Positions 15,060 through 16,868 of a stretch of 16,868 nucleotides of DNA are shown here, in pieces (the stretch's first letter is position 1; every line of letters starts with the position of its first letter). The stretch is from Armatimonadota bacterium. Its GTDB lineage: Bacteria > Armatimonadota > Hebobacteria > CAIYQO01. The position numbers were made by a program, and so were the translations under genes. The notes below the pieces were generated by a model. That model saw only the letters and a list, made by a program, of their open reading frames with translations, ran no database searches and was not told the DNA's origin. Where the stretch lies: the NCBI GenBank assembly GCA_038248345.1, contig JBBRXO010000060.1, forward strand, positions 1 to 16,868, given 5' to 3'.

Positions 15060-16508
15060 TCAGATAACCACATCCTCAATCACCTGCATCCCGCGCCAGT
15101 GGCCTTTCAGGTAGCGCAGCAGGAAGAAGGCGGAGGCTACGCAGACGCTTAAGGTGAGGATGAGCCACACGGTGTAGATGTCATTCCCACCATTCGTCGG
15201 GCTTCTGCAGATCAGGAAGGTGGGGAGCAGCAGCGTCACCAGCATGTTGCTGGTGGAGATGAGGGTGACGTAGAAGATATCGCCGGCGCCCTTCAGCGCC
15301 GCGGTGAAGACCAGGTTGCCCACATCGAAGAGGCAATAGGCGGCGACGAAGCGGAGCATAACGATGGTGAGATCACGCACGGGGGCGAAGGCGGCCGGAT
15401 CAGCCTGGGCACTGAAAGGGCTGATGATCCAGCCCGGCACGGTCAGGAATAACACCCCGATCAGCGCCGTGAAGGCCAGGCTAATATGTATCGCCGACCA
15501 CACGGCATGATTCGCCTGCCCGGGGTCTTTCCGGCCCATATTCTGCCCCACCAGTATCGAGGTGGCCATGCCAAAGCCGACGCAGGGGAAATAAGCGAAG
15601 GTGTTCACCATAAAAGCAATATTTGATGCCGCCAGCGCCGTCACCCCTAGCCGCCCCACCAGCAGCAGGAAGATGGTCCAGCCGATCATATCCAGTGAGA
15701 ATTGCACCCCGTTGGCGGCGCCGAAGCGCAGCAGGCGTTTCATCATGGTGAACTCAAAATGCCAGGCGTCACCCCCGTGCGCCTCCTGCGACTCGCGCAG
15801 GAAGATGACGAAGTAGATCACCAGCCCCACTAACTGCGCCAGCACCGTCGAAAGCGCCGCCCCGACGATACCGAGGCGCGGGCAGCCGAAATTGCCGAAA
15901 ACCAGCAGGTAAGCGGCGATGATATTAATTACCATACCGATGACATTGACGAAGAGGATCACCCGCGTCTCGCCACGCCCGATGAAATACGCCGACAATG
16001 CCGAACTACCGATGCCAGTGAATGAACCCAGCATAAGTACAGTGAAGAAGTTGCGCTCCAGTTGCTGAATCGCCGCAGCATGACCCGCCAGCTGAAATAC
16101 CTGCGCGCCCAGGGGCAGCATTAACAAGAGTAGCAGGGCCGCAATAATAGACAGATACAGCGCCTGCCACACCACCGCCACCGCCTTGCGCGGTTGCTGC
16201 GCCCCGGTGTATTGCGCCACAAATACCGAGGCGTAGCCGACCATACCAACGAAAAATGCTTGAAAAGCAAAGGCGAGCATCCCCGACGGCCCGGCGGCGG
16301 CAATCGCCTCCGGTGAATACCAGGCGAGGAACATGCGGTCGATGAACTGTAGAATAGTCGTCGATCCCATGGAGAGGAACAACGGCCAGGCGAGGATAAT
16401 CACGTCCCGATATCCGCTAGGCGCCATCCAGCGTGCCTGGAGCGCCCGGCGATTCAAGGGAGGAAATTCGAGGCGAATCGGAAATGAAAAGATATTGCTT
16501 TGTCTCAC
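15060..16508 (-). CDS. MATE family efflux transporter, ~482 aa (start uncertain)
   Basis: LAWPLFLS, IDRMFL, VAQYTGA, LGIVGAALSTVLAQ, LVGQNMG and ALKGAGD motifs; about 12 hydrophobic segments. Its stop abuts the rloB stop. Confidence 0.93.
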   Translation of the reverse strand: MRQSNIFSFPIRLEFPPLNRRALQARWMAPSGYRDVIILAWPLFLSMGSTTILQFIDRMFLAWYSPEAIAAAGPSGMLAFAFQAFFVGMVGYASVFVAQYTGAQQPRKAVAVVWQALYLSIIAALLLLLMLPLGAQVFQLAGHAAAIQQLERNFFTVLMLGSFTGIGSSALSAYFIGRGETRVILFVNVIGMVINIIAAYLLVFGNFGCPRLGIVGAALSTVLAQLVGLVIYFVIFLRESQEAHGGDAWHFEFTMMKRLLRFGAANGVQFSLDMIGWTIFLLLVGRLGVTALAASNIAFMVNTFAYFPCVGFGMATSILVGQNMGRKDPGQANHAVWSAIHISLAFTALIGVLFLTVPGWIISPFSAQADPAAFAPVRDLTIVMLRFVAAYCLFDVGNLVFTAALKGAGDIFYVTLISTSNMLVTLLLPTFLICRSPTNGGNDIYTVWLILTLSVCVASAFFLLRYLKGHWRGMQVIEDVVI

Positions 16509-16589
16509 AAGAGAGAATGATAGCTGATGGCAAGGTGTTTGGTCAAAAAAACCGTAGGAGTATCGGTTTTACCGAAAGTGCCCCCCCCC

Positions 16590-16768
16590 GTAGCATGGGC
16601 GTCCCGCCAATGAGCACGCCCAGATAGTGCATAACCACATGGGCACCCCCTGGGAGCGCAGGCGTCCCCGCCTGCCCTGTAGCCCGCGCCCGCCGTGGCG
16701 CGTATTTGCTTACGCCCGCGCCCGCCGTGGCGCGTATCAAGGAGCACGCAGGATGCGTGCGCTCCCAG
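16590..16768. repeat. Composite REP cluster (three REP-like families, partly nested)
   Basis: GTAGCATGGGCGTCCCGCCAATG at 16590-16612. CTGGGAGCGCA (16650) ... TGCGCTCCCAG (16768) inverted arms enclose two direct copies of GCCCGCGCCCGCCGTGGCGCGTAT (16682-16705 and 16714-16737). Confidence 0.8.
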
Positions 16769-16868
16769 CGTGCCACCTTGACACCGCAAACATAAGTTGT
16801 ATAATTAACGCAGTAAAATAATGCGCGTGTCCCAGGAGATTCCTATGCTCAAACGTCTATCGGTATTA

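Noticed and set aside
16545..16570. Terminator or attenuator upstream of the MATE gene (minus strand)
   Set aside because: Only a 3-bp GC core in the stem; too weak to call.
4168..16589. 14-bp inverted match G9-CACTT (4168-4181) versus AAGTG-C9 (16576-16589) as element ends
   Set aside because: Low complexity, and about one 14-mer match is expected by chance in a window this size. The enclosed DNA includes a tRNA and housekeeping genes and no transposase.
16678..16737. Direct repeats as a mini CRISPR array
   Set aside because: Only two 24-bp units separated by 8 nt, REP-like sequence also present at 4276, and no cas genes.
277..16821. Numerous short antisense or overlapping ORFs in the six-frame track, including 4236-4577 and 16433-16821
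   Set aside because: They are shadows of well-supported genes, or run across the tRNA and REP clusters; no recognisable motifs.

Overview
Bacterial chromosomal window of mixed GC content (gene content recalls Armatimonadota/PVC-type genomes; inference only). It is bracketed by two divergent ABC-type ATPase + RloB (RloAB/AbiL-like, putative anti-phage) operons: one runs off the left edge, and the other (13066-15059) has an rloB broken by a 1-nt deletion. Between them lie a secreted PQQ-type beta-propeller gene, an autoregulated padR operon whose membrane-protein partner is disrupted (frameshift, premature stop, sharp GC break), tRNA-Glu(CUC), a PsbP/DcrB-like lipoprotein, a DUF6259-like glycoside hydrolase, a URO-D/MtaA-family enzyme, a YtfJ/GerW-family protein, a D-Ala-D-Ala carboxypeptidase and a multi-domain carboxypeptidase-regulatory-like lipoprotein. 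A MATE transporter converges on the second operon. Intergenic regions are rich in REP/REPIN-like palindromes. Two homologous ~90-bp REPIN doublets bracket the URO-D gene in inverted orientation. No integrase, transposase or CRISPR array is visible. All family assignments come from motif recognition by eye, not database searches.
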